In this document: positions 41,201-49,767 of the stretch, one piece after another
Position numbering within the stretch: position 1 is the stretch's first letter
How the letters are laid out: every line of letters starts with the position of its first letter
Assembly: GCA_963663405.2 (NCBI GenBank)
Contig: CAXXSM010000132.1
Span: 96,001 to 160,000, forward strand
Source of the DNA: a bacterium
GTDB taxonomy: Bacteria; Hinthialibacterota; Hinthialibacteria; Hinthialibacterales; Hinthialibacteraceae
Length of the DNA stretch: 64,000 bases
Direction of reading: 5' to 3'
Program-made: the position numbers and the translations under genes
Notes under the pieces: generated by a model
The model's input: only the letters and a program-made list of their open reading frames with translations
Databases searched by the model: none
Told to the model about the DNA's origin: nothing

Positions 41201-42225
41201 CACCGCTTGCCAATCCAATCGGACACCGCCAGGGAATCTTTCCAGCGATTGACATAGTAAACGCCATGATCAGTTCCTTGTTCATCGATCAAATGGGGCA
41301 TACACCAGCTGAAAACGAAAACAAACTGTCGTTCCTCCCCCGGTTTTATCGTCTGCATGGCGGTTACAGCGGCGCAGGGACGCGAACCATCCGCTATAGG
41401 GGGGCGTTTCTCTTCCGATTTGGATTGAGGAAACGCGCCATTCTCACCAAAAGAATCCCAGAACAATTCCGGCGCCTCATTGTTCCATTCTGTTAAAACA
41501 CTCGTCTTCTCTTTTTTCTCCTGAACGTAAAACAGGCTGTAATCGCCCATCGCGTTGCGTTCTTGACCGTCCTTCATATCGGATTTGTATTGAAAGTGAA
41601 TCCCGGATAGCCGCCCCCGTTCAAGAGCGCGTTGCGAACATTCGCCCGATGCGTCAAAAATCCGCCCTGGAACGCCGCCTAGCCCGATCAGATTCTTCCA
41701 CGACATCGCCAGCGAAACATCCAGCGCCTTCTTCGATTCATTCCGAACCGTGTAAACAAACACCGTTGAAGGGACACACGAATCGTTATCATTCGATAGA
41801 ATAAATGGGCTGAACGCCCGCAATTGGACCTTCACGGGCAAAACGGAATCAGAGAAATCCACCTCCGCGATGGGAAACACTCCATGAAAAACAACATTCT
41901 CCACTCCGCGCGGATCAGTATTCTTTAAAATAAGTTTTTTAGCCACAATCCCCGGATCATCCGAAACAGCGATAGCGGCGAAACAGCCTTGGGGATTCTC
42001 GACCGGCTGGTGATAATTGTTGTTGATCGTGAAATTCCCAAACGACCCATCGGTAAACAGTTCAATTTTCCCCGTCCCAATCCCCCCAAGCGGCATCCCC
42101 GAAAACAGCCGCTGATTCGTAAACACATGCCCTTCAGGCTTGAGGGAATCCCCCTCCCCCTCAGCCCCAAAAGAACCACATAATACGGTTAAAACAAAAG
42201 TTAAAGCGATCGAAATAGATTTCAT
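38293..42225 (-). CDS. Secreted GH116-like (GBA2-type) glycoside hydrolase with long C-terminal extension
   Basis: Signal peptide; SGMPLGGIGTGKIEL; DKNGDSIPD..SLWAAALEA; QLWNGRFF; late WLIVGPF..LNQGWNHFLIKV beta-domain. Confidence 0.8.
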   Translation of the reverse strand: MKSISIALTFVLTVLCGSFGAEGEGDSLKPEGHVFTNQRLFSGMPLGGIGTGKIELFTDGSFGNFTINNNYHQPVENPQGCFAAIAVSDDPGIVAKKLILKNTDPRGVENVVFHGVFPIAEVDFSDSVLPVKVQLRAFSPFILSNDNDSCVPSTVFVYTVRNESKKALDVSLAMSWKNLIGLGGVPGRIFDASGECSQRALERGRLSGIHFQYKSDMKDGQERNAMGDYSLFYVQEKKEKTSVLTEWNNEAPELFWDSFGENGAFPQSKSEEKRPPIADGSRPCAAVTAMQTIKPGEERQFVFVFSWCMPHLIDEQGTDHGVYYVNRWKDSLAVSDWIGKRWQELLRQIEEERRPILESSLPEWMSERLMNTLASIPSSSVRLKDGRFFTLTGDARYPGNLTSPEEYLASIGFWLRWYPDWLKEQIHQFADCQLATGEVPNTVGNLYTTIGTGDIPGGFPGRPDSTGAFILLTYKYYLTSGDEEFLKALYPHINAALNWLIGEDKNGDSIPDGPSFWQDEIREGASVYSASLWAAALEAGEEWSSWFNNYDLQTQCHRTRERALNNTASQLWNGRFFNRYFDSNRPSAPDSGVLLPEAFPGEWFAAGEGWRPLFDRSQVHQSLVSLLGMFSHGSPDVYRAITFPPFFESFGVSTLALYGYTNAAWECERRLDARGADLFESPWKNALQTGDGARASAAALSSWTFLDSVAGAQLEMRRRCIIVGFQPLGELDRFSFPFTTPLYSGTIEWTRSRLTGQVEYNLHFDQAPSSKKSNLLQAACLLPNTVDSNHTLLRVMHNGSYVPGTDFSRVNQRTYGFNNPLSLRRGDTLTLVLAQKNCGKILVDTDRNEITNLGAKCSIEQAAKTVPGFSFTAVNLLRSHQMIHLELTGSRREEDLIYLNGERLAVAADGLESFPILLQTSPLKHEEYEWLRFLRNACADTARRLVDNPDRTRLLDRLWTLQGAVDRALEVDTLLRGIRVTICPAEDHDARESTLPTVEPEAAVSAFERVKKEMREWRKILDSGDGDPVLLSELAGYFAPLQLRVVTGDTGVGVDPFSVTAQVMNPFLVSADFRLRLNAPAGWRAVSSDRVSFESTEKPKDEYRLRYTVTPTQSLWENRYELAVVLTGTWEGLPFRREQIFSVGHSFLKQWLIVGPFVNREGEGFDRIYPPEMDIDTKAEYEGKTRSLTWTPYQSPTGYIDFNTLLSPNDNAVAFAYLGIYSPKERPARIEFGADEGIIIYHNYKKLYAKQRMGSAIPSAAQAVTNLNQGWNHFLIKVTESTGAWGFYFEITDLYGRVIPDLQYSLEKAL

Positions 42226-42468
42226 TCCGGAACTCTCCAGAAGATAGATTTCATGGATAAGGATACTCCTATAGAAAATAGTACAACGAAGGGAGATTTG
42301 TCTTAGGGCATTGAGATGATAATTATGAGATATAGATGATCTTAGAACCATATGTGTAAAATATAACCGAAGTTTGAGGCAGGGAAGCAGTCTGGTAATC
42401 TATGATTGGGTTATAATGAGTAAAGAAAAATGGCAAACTCACAGAAAATTTAATTGAAGTTAAAACCT

Positions 42469-42813
42469 ATGTTATGCGAATTCTGTGGCGGTAAAACAGA
42501 GAAGAAAATCGTTAAGCGTCAACATTGGTTTAATAACAAGTTATACATCATCGAAGACGTTGAGGCGGAAGTCTGCGTGAAATGTGGGGAAAGATATTTT
42601 CATGCAATAACTCTTGATGCGATTGATCAGTATCTTTTAAAATTGACCCACGAACAAAAGGAAGAAATCGAAATCCGCCGGAGAGACGGCGCTATTTTTT
42701 CTTTGAAAGCGAAAAAGAAAAAAGAAGGATCTCCTTTCGATGTTCCAGGCATCAAAACCAAAGCCACTACGCAGGATATTTTGAGAGCGGTTAAAGATTC
42801 GAGAAGAGATTGA
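42469..42813 (+). CDS. YgiT-type (MqsA-like) zinc finger apparently fused to a Phd-like antitoxin tail
   Basis: CEFCGG..IIEDVEAEVCVKCGERYF, then EEIEIRRRDGAIFSL..SPFDVPG. Confidence 0.7.
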   Translation: MLCEFCGGKTEKKIVKRQHWFNNKLYIIEDVEAEVCVKCGERYFHAITLDAIDQYLLKLTHEQKEEIEIRRRDGAIFSLKAKKKKEGSPFDVPGIKTKATTQDILRAVKDSRRD

Positions 42814-42889
42814 TGTACGCGAACGCATGGTGAATAAAAACACGGCGCTCAAATTTCATTTATCTTTTGAGCCGCACTGGTAGATAAAA

Positions 42890-43117
42890 ATGAATACTAA
42901 AAGAATCAAAGAAGAAATCAGCCGATTGGAACTGTCTGAGAAATTGCACCTAGTAGAAGACATCTGGGATGATATTGCCGAGAGTAATTCCGATATTCCT
43001 TTGCGGGAATGGCAAAAGAAAGAACTCGACAAACGCTATCAAGAATATCAAGAAGGGAAGTTACAACTTCATGATTGGAAGGCGGTACATAAAGATTTAC
43101 GTGATAAGTACAAATGA
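42890..43117 (+). CDS. Putative addiction module antitoxin (TIGR02574-like)
   Basis: LELSEKLHLVEDIWDDIA..EWQKKELDKR..DWKAV. Confidence 0.88.
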   Translation: MNTKRIKEEISRLELSEKLHLVEDIWDDIAESNSDIPLREWQKKELDKRYQEYQEGKLQLHDWKAVHKDLRDKYK

Positions 43118-43155
43118 ATCTATGCTATATAGATAGAATCAAGATTGATGTATAA
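43114..43155 (+). pseudogene. Possible 13-codon stub of the cognate RelE/ParE toxin
   Basis: ATGA overlap with antitoxin stop; MNLCYIDRIKIDV* resembles ParE N-termini. Confidence 0.4.
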
Positions 43156-43184
43156 TACCAATGTATACACCAAATGAGGTCCGC

Positions 43185-43418
43185 ATGATACGAACTCAAA
43201 TTTATTTAACCAACCGCCAGCGGGTAGAACTTGCCGCGATTGCCAAGGTTGCAGGCAAGAAACAAAGCGAATTGATACGCGAAGCGATCGATCGCTTCAT
43301 CGACCGATCGAGTTACAGCCGCCGGGAAAAGGTATTACGCGAAACCGCTGGATTATGGAAGGATCGCGATGATCTACCTGACTTTGAAGCCGTTCGAACT
43401 GAATGGGATAGATATTAA
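43185..43418 (+). CDS. RHH/CopG antitoxin (VapB-like)
   Basis: MIRTQIYLT..KQSELIREAIDRF..AGLWKDR. Confidence 0.88.
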   Translation: MIRTQIYLTNRQRVELAAIAKVAGKKQSELIREAIDRFIDRSSYSRREKVLRETAGLWKDRDDLPDFEAVRTEWDRY

Positions 43419-43421
43419 ATT

Positions 43422-43805
43422 GTGGTTGAGTTAATCCTTCTCGACACAGATATTCTAATTGATTATTTGCGAGGCTATGAAAAAGCAGTAGCTTTTATCA
43501 AGGCTCATTCGACTCGAATCATGTTGTCTACTATTGTCATAGCGGAGTTATACGCGGGAGTGAAAGGAGAGGCGGAAGAAGCGGCTCTGGATAATTTCAT
43601 TTCCCTTTTTCCTATTGTGTCTGTAAGCGCAAAGATTGCTAAAATTGGAGGATTTTACAAACGTGAATATGGAAAGTCACATGGTATCGGAATTGCAGAT
43701 GCTTTAATCGCTGCGACTGCGCAAGTAGAGAATGCAAAACTGAAAACCCTGAATCGAAAACATTACCCTATGATAAAAGGACTTAGACCTGCTTACACGA
43801 AATAG
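43422..43805 (+). CDS. vapC: VapC PIN-domain toxin
   Basis: LLDTDILIDYLRG, AELYAG, DALIAATA, TLNRKHY. Confidence 0.92.
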   Translation: MVELILLDTDILIDYLRGYEKAVAFIKAHSTRIMLSTIVIAELYAGVKGEAEEAALDNFISLFPIVSVSAKIAKIGGFYKREYGKSHGIGIADALIAATAQVENAKLKTLNRKHYPMIKGLRPAYTK

Positions 43806-43911
43806 TAATTAAGCAAGACACAACATTTAACAATATCTAGCCGTATAAATATAAATCTATTTGTTCAATTCAATTTGAAGAAATTTCACTCCCCCGAAAA
43901 CTAAATCCCAG

Positions 43912-44271
43912 CTACGTCCGTGGAATAAGAACGTCGATTAATCCGATTCGGAATTGGGGGCCGCCTGCGAAGAAGGTGAAGAGTCCTATCGCAGTTAGAA
44001 GCAATAGCAGCGCGAGTAGAAGCCCTAACAATTTTGGACCGATCCGCCGTTCCTTTGCTTTGACGCGGCGGGCGTGTTCGACCAGTGGTTCGATCCGGTA
44101 TTCTTTCTCCAAGCGTACGGTTGGCCGCTGGAGCAACTCGTGTGGAATCTTGTCGGGTAGGAGTGGCGGCACTTCTCCCGCTTTCAGCGCCTGCAGCCGC
44201 CATAACAGCAGGGGGCTTCGCGCGCCGAGAAGATATTCCTCTCTTTTTCGCACACGTCTCTCTTCACTCAT
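43912..44271 (-). CDS. Hypothetical membrane protein
   Basis: Basic N-region plus one C-terminal hydrophobic helix. Confidence 0.5.
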   Translation of the reverse strand: MSEERRVRKREEYLLGARSPLLLWRLQALKAGEVPPLLPDKIPHELLQRPTVRLEKEYRIEPLVEHARRVKAKERRIGPKLLGLLLALLLLLTAIGLFTFFAGGPQFRIGLIDVLIPRT

Positions 44272-44519
44272 TCTAAACCTTAGTTCATCGAATTATGCCC
44301 TGATGATTGTATACCGGGGAAAACCTCCTTGTCGTCTCCGGTATCCATCGCCGGCACCGTCTCATTTTTTTACAAAAAGTAATAGAGCAACGGGTGTACC
44401 AATTTTAACAGGGAGAATGAAAGGAAGAGTAACTTGTTATATTCGTTCAACTTGCTACAATTCAAGCGAGTCTTTTTATGTTTAAAATCAGCGTGCGATA
44501 GGGTATTTTTTTCCTTCCC

Positions 44520-45740
44520 ATGCCAGCGGCCGAACAAAAATTCCTTTCCAAACTCGATCTCATCCCCTGGATCGATCCAACAAAGTTAGGTTTGTACATT
44601 CACCTGCCTTTCTGTCAATTGAAGTGCGTCTACTGCTCGTTTGTCTCCGCCCCTCCTCAATCAGAAGCTGAAATGGACCGTTATCTAGAGGCGTTATGTA
44701 AACAACTCCGCCTTACGGCGCCCGCCGCGTCTGAACGTGAGGTAACATCGATCTTCTTCGGCGGCGGTACCCCCAGCCTCTTCGGCGCCAAACGTCTGGA
44801 ACGTTTGCTGAAGGAAATCCATACCTCCTTTCGAATTTATCCCCAAGCGGAAATCACGCTTGAAGCCAATCCGGAAAGCGCATCATTTGATTTGTTCAAG
44901 AGAATGAAGGCGTGGGGAGTGAATCGAGTCAGCCTCGGCGCACAGTCGTTTCACGATGAGGAATTGCGCTTCCTGGGCCGTATCCATACAGCGGCGCAGA
45001 TCCCGCGAAGTCTTGAATACGCTAGGCGAGCGGGGATCGATAACGTTTCACTCGATCTGATCTTCGCGTTTCCCCATCAAACCCCGCGCCTGTGGGAGCA
45101 GACGTTGGAACGAGCGTTGGCGTGTGAGATCGATCATCTTTCCGCTTATAGTCTATCAATTGAAGAAGGAACGCCACTCGATCGAATGCGGGATAAAGAT
45201 CGAATCATTTCGGCGCTGGATGAAATCTGTGAAACGATGTATACTATTTGTTTGGCGGTGATGGCGGACCACGGTTTGCGGCAATACGAAATATCGAACT
45301 GGGCGCGTCCAAACCGGCGATGCAGACATAATTGCCTCTACTGGGACCGGAATGAATATTTGGCCTTTGGAGTCTCCGCCCACGGGTATTACCAGGGATT
45401 CTGTTACGGCCTGATACGAGACACTAGCCAGTACGCGCAGGCGATGGAAACAGCGCCGGAAACGGAAAACCCATTTCCACCCGGTATCCTGGAAGAGCAT
45501 ACAACGGTCTCGAAAGAGGAAGCCGCTTCAGATGTTATGATCTTCGGGTTGCGAAAAACGGAAGGAATTGATATAAACGTATTCGAAAAACGGTTTGGTT
45601 ATTCTCCGTTTCACCGCTGGGAACAGGCCATCCGACGGTTGATTCAAAACGGCCTTCTGGAATGGAATGGAGAGAACTTGAGACTCACCCAGAAATCACT
45701 TTTAATCAGTAATGAAGCGCTGATGTATTTTTTAGATTGA
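44520..45740 (+). CDS. hemW: Radical SAM heme chaperone HemW (HemN-like)
   Basis: YIHLPFCQLKCVYCSF, GGGTPS, YEISNWA, CRHNCLYW. Confidence 0.9.
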   Translation: MPAAEQKFLSKLDLIPWIDPTKLGLYIHLPFCQLKCVYCSFVSAPPQSEAEMDRYLEALCKQLRLTAPAASEREVTSIFFGGGTPSLFGAKRLERLLKEIHTSFRIYPQAEITLEANPESASFDLFKRMKAWGVNRVSLGAQSFHDEELRFLGRIHTAAQIPRSLEYARRAGIDNVSLDLIFAFPHQTPRLWEQTLERALACEIDHLSAYSLSIEEGTPLDRMRDKDRIISALDEICETMYTICLAVMADHGLRQYEISNWARPNRRCRHNCLYWDRNEYLAFGVSAHGYYQGFCYGLIRDTSQYAQAMETAPETENPFPPGILEEHTTVSKEEAASDVMIFGLRKTEGIDINVFEKRFGYSPFHRWEQAIRRLIQNGLLEWNGENLRLTQKSLLISNEALMYFLD

Positions 45741-45759
45741 ATGAGGACTGCAAAAGAAA

Positions 45760-46461
45760 ATGAGGCGATTTTACACTCTACTTGCTGAAAAATTGAAATA
45801 CTACTTATGGGGACGGGCGCTGGTCAATCATATGTCCCGCCATTACCGCCTCTACGAAAATTTGGAGGCTCTCTATACGGCCTTGATTCTCGCGCTATTA
45901 ATCAAGGCCTTTCTCTTTGAGGCGTACAAAATTCCCTCCGCTTCAATGATGAATACATTGATCGAGGGCGACCGCATATTCGTTAACAAATTCAGCTATA
46001 ATTTTTCCAATATCCAAGCCGGGGATATTATCGTATTTAAAACAAAAGGAATCGATGAGATTTATTCACCTGACAAACCGTATTACATCAAACGGGTTGT
46101 CGGATTCCCCAATGATAGGATTGAAATCCGCAACGGCAATATCTTTCGTAACGGTCAGCTAATGACCGATCCTCCATTCTTCCTTGAAAACTACTACACC
46201 GACTTTTATGGGCGGGATACATTTATCGTGCCGGACGGAGAATTATTCGTCTTCGGCGACAATAGCCGTAATAGCTCCGACAGCCGCGATTGGGGAGGCG
46301 TGCCGATTGAAAACGTGATGGGCAAAGCCATTTTCCGCTACTGGCCTCCTTCGCGTATCGGTTTCCTGCATGGTGAATCTGTCAATTCCACTCTCTCCCG
46401 TGAAAGAAACACCCGAGAACGCTATCACAACGGTAATCGCGCAAATGCGGCGGAACGTTAA
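45760..46461 (+). CDS. lepB: Signal peptidase I
   Basis: IPSASMMNTL, YIKRVVG, FGDNSRNSSDSR. Confidence 0.95.
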   Translation: MRRFYTLLAEKLKYYLWGRALVNHMSRHYRLYENLEALYTALILALLIKAFLFEAYKIPSASMMNTLIEGDRIFVNKFSYNFSNIQAGDIIVFKTKGIDEIYSPDKPYYIKRVVGFPNDRIEIRNGNIFRNGQLMTDPPFFLENYYTDFYGRDTFIVPDGELFVFGDNSRNSSDSRDWGGVPIENVMGKAIFRYWPPSRIGFLHGESVNSTLSRERNTRERYHNGNRANAAER

Positions 46462-46463
46462 TC

Positions 46464-47238
46464 TTGAATCCTTCTCCTTCGCTCGTAGCGATCGATATAG
46501 GTAATTCCCGCACGAATATCGCCTTATTCGAATCGGGCGCTCTTATAAAAAGTGACTTTCTCCCCTCTTCTGCGGAATATTTGGAGCGCCTCTGCAACAC
46601 CGCTGAAAAATGGCGCTCTCAATCCCCTTTCGAATACGTAGTCGCCGCTTCTGTCGTGCCCGCTCTGGGGGATCTGATGAATACCCTGGTTGAAAACCAG
46701 TTGGGAATCACCCCGATTATGGTCGAGGATTTCAAGACGGAATTAATGCCCCTGCGCGTAGACCGGCCGGAAACGGTGGGTGTGGACCGGGTCGTGAATT
46801 GTTACGCGGCGGCCCACCTTTACGGCTGTCCGGCTATTGTGGTCAGCCTGGGCACAGCGACGACGTTTGAAGCCATCTCACCGGATGGAGAGTACCTGGG
46901 AGGCGCGATCGCGCCCGGCGTCAAAATCTCACTGGAAGCCCTGACACAAAAAAACCGCTCTTCTCCCTCCCGCTATATGGAAAAAACCCAAGGATATCAT
47001 CGCGAAAAATACACTGGGCCACATGCAGTCTGGTATTTATTATGGAACCGTCAGCTTAATTGAAGGGATGGTCAAACGCCTGAAAACTCAATTGGGTGAG
47101 AACACTCTCGTCATTGGAACTGGAGGAATCAGCTCCGCCATTGCGGAAGAAAATCTCTTTGACCATCACGATCCCACCCTACTCATGAAAGGTCTTGCGC
47201 TGATCTACCGGCGCCGGTATCAAGAAAGACAACCCTAG
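46464..47238 (+). CDS. coaX: Type III pantothenate kinase; +1 frameshift in the A7 run at 46948-46954
   Basis: IDIGNSRT, VGVDRVVN, LGTATTF, GGAIAPG; C-terminus MQSGIYYG..VIGTGG in the next frame. Confidence 0.9.
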
Positions 47239-47329
47239 AAAAATCTTATGTCTGTGCGATAATAATCCATCCTTCGGTTTTGTTTTCTTCAATGAATTCA
47301 ATTGGATACAACATTCTCAAATCTGTCCA

Positions 47330-49531
47330 ATGACCAAAAACAAGATTTTTTCTCTTATATTCATACTACTCATCTTCTCCACGATATTCATGTGTCATTG
47401 CTCCAGGCGGACAACAACGGGAGAATATCAAGTCATTCGCTTTATTGATTTCCCTGACAACCTTCATTATTCCATTCCTGAAACCGATTCGATAAGGAAG
47501 GAAACGAAACAGACATCGTATCAGTGGACGCGGAAGGAAATTCAAAACGAGTGGGTCTCTCTGGCCGATGAAGATGGCGCTCTTTACCGCAGCCCGAAAA
47601 TGGCGTTTCAAAATATCCGGGAAATCGACCGGATTGAGATCCGGATTGACGAATCGCTTCCCCCGGTCCCGATGGGATTATTATGGAACGAAAAGGAGAT
47701 ACTCTCCCCCGAGGAGAGACGGAAGCAAGCGCGCTATTTAGCCGCCAATAGTCACACGTCCGGACTATTCCTCATCAAAGGAGAGAATATCGCAGAGAAT
47801 CAATCGATTGAAAGTATAAAATTCCAGAAACCAATCCATTATATCTTCCTCCAGTTTCCTTCGGATCAGCCGATGGAGTTCCCGATTGATTCGATTCGCG
47901 TCATCTCAAAAAAGGACGCTTATTCGAATAAACCGTGTGGCAAAGACCGGTATGTTGTGGGTGGAGAAATCCGGGATGTTCTCTATACCCACACTCCCGC
48001 GCCGATCCAATTCACAACAAATATTCCAGCGAACGCCGAATTGACCTTTGGCGTTTATCATTTCAATTCGGCGCCGGTCCAGTATACGATTGAAATCGGT
48101 GACAATCCGCAGGCGGAACGGCTGTTTTACAAGTCTATCCAGCCTCTCCATACATGGTGTGATTTCCGGATCGATTTAAAGCGCTTTTCAGGGAATCAAG
48201 TCATTACCCTGCGGGCGGAGAGTGAGTCCGATGAAGCGATCGTATTTTGGGCGAATCCTACAATCGTCAATCAGCGGAACGCCCACACGGGCCCCAATGT
48301 GATTCTCTATTTAGTGGACACGCTGCGGGCGGATCATCTCGGCTGTTATGGTTATCAAAGTGGAACCTCTCCCTTTCTGGATCAACTGGCTTCGAAAGGC
48401 GTTTTATTCGAACGCTGTTTTTCTCAATCTCCGTGGACCAAACCTTCCATCCCCACACTTTTGGCCTCACTCTACCCGCATACACACCGCGTTGGCGTGA
48501 AATCCTACACGGATATCTTGCCGGACAGTGTGGAAACGCTGCAAGATGTGATGCGGCGGGATGGCTGCGTTACCGCCAATTTCACCGCGAATCCCTTGGG
48601 CAGCGCATTATCCAATTTGGATCAGGGATTCGATTACACGTTCAATCCGAGCGCGTTCGAGATCACCAACCGGGTGAAGAAAAATGATCAACTCCACTCG
48701 GATGACCTGAATAAACGTATTCTGCCCTGGTTGGAAACCCATGCGGAGAATCGTTTTTTTATCTACATTCATTCCATGGATCCCCACAATCCCTATTCGG
48801 CTCCCATCCGTCCATCCCATCTCAACAATCGAAACGGTCCTATGGAATCCTACGACGCCGAAATCTATTTCAACGATTCACAGATTAAAAAACTTTACGA
48901 GAAACTGATCAAATTAGGATTGGAGAAAGACACATTGTTCATTGTCACATCCGATCACGGCGAAGCGTTCTCCGAACATGGAAATGTACATCATGGGCAT
49001 AGTGTGTACAATGAGGAAATTCACGTTCCCTTGCTTATGATCCATCCCGGCGCCCTGCAACCCCAGCGAATTGAAACACCCGCGCAACTCGTCGATGTCA
49101 TGCCAACGATTTTATCGCACTGCTGTGTGGAATACGATCCAATGGCTCTGCAAGGCAAGGCTCTCTTGCCATTAAAAAACGCGCGAAATTCAAGAAGCGT
49201 TTTTTCATCACGGATTTGCTATGAATCATTTTTTCATAGTCTCATACAAGGTGATTGCAAATTGATTTACAATCCAAGTCCGACAGATGAAGAAATCCAG
49301 TATCAACTCTTTAATCTCGCGAAGGATCCAGGCGAACAGAATAACCTTGCTGAACGGGATCCTCAACGAACGCAAAAAATGATCGCTGAGTTGAAAGAAT
49401 TCCTTTTACAACAGGAGAGATTACAGAGTGATTATTTTCGACAACATTATCATTCTATTTCCTCTCCTCCGGACCAAGCCCTGTCGCAAGACGATATCGA
49501 GCGGTTGAAAGCGCTTGGATATATACAGTGA
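47330..49531 (+). CDS. Sulfatase-like hydrolase/transferase with large N-terminal domains
   Basis: PNVILYLVDTLRADHLG, WTKPS, DPHNPY, SDHGE, LKALGYI. Confidence 0.88.
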   Translation: MTKNKIFSLIFILLIFSTIFMCHCSRRTTTGEYQVIRFIDFPDNLHYSIPETDSIRKETKQTSYQWTRKEIQNEWVSLADEDGALYRSPKMAFQNIREIDRIEIRIDESLPPVPMGLLWNEKEILSPEERRKQARYLAANSHTSGLFLIKGENIAENQSIESIKFQKPIHYIFLQFPSDQPMEFPIDSIRVISKKDAYSNKPCGKDRYVVGGEIRDVLYTHTPAPIQFTTNIPANAELTFGVYHFNSAPVQYTIEIGDNPQAERLFYKSIQPLHTWCDFRIDLKRFSGNQVITLRAESESDEAIVFWANPTIVNQRNAHTGPNVILYLVDTLRADHLGCYGYQSGTSPFLDQLASKGVLFERCFSQSPWTKPSIPTLLASLYPHTHRVGVKSYTDILPDSVETLQDVMRRDGCVTANFTANPLGSALSNLDQGFDYTFNPSAFEITNRVKKNDQLHSDDLNKRILPWLETHAENRFFIYIHSMDPHNPYSAPIRPSHLNNRNGPMESYDAEIYFNDSQIKKLYEKLIKLGLEKDTLFIVTSDHGEAFSEHGNVHHGHSVYNEEIHVPLLMIHPGALQPQRIETPAQLVDVMPTILSHCCVEYDPMALQGKALLPLKNARNSRSVFSSRICYESFFHSLIQGDCKLIYNPSPTDEEIQYQLFNLAKDPGEQNNLAERDPQRTQKMIAELKEFLLQQERLQSDYFRQHYHSISSPPDQALSQDDIERLKALGYIQ

Positions 49532-49767
49532 CCTGCGCTGATTTGACGACATCAGTCTACAACCACAATCCGAGCAAATCCCTATACTAGGCTACCAATT
49601 CTCCCGCATTCACCATACACTTTATCCTTATGTATGGTTTGAATATCTCTCTCTTAAACTGGTTGTAATGAATTGAATTGAGAATATATGGAAATGAGTT
49701 TCGATGACTTGCGTATTTGTGATTTCTCTCACAACTCATTATCATCTGCAGGTTGTGATCTCAAATC

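Noticed and set aside
46940-46960. Programmed frameshift in coaX
   Set aside because: One extra A in a homopolymer, in an assembly with many indels, is more simply a sequencing error.
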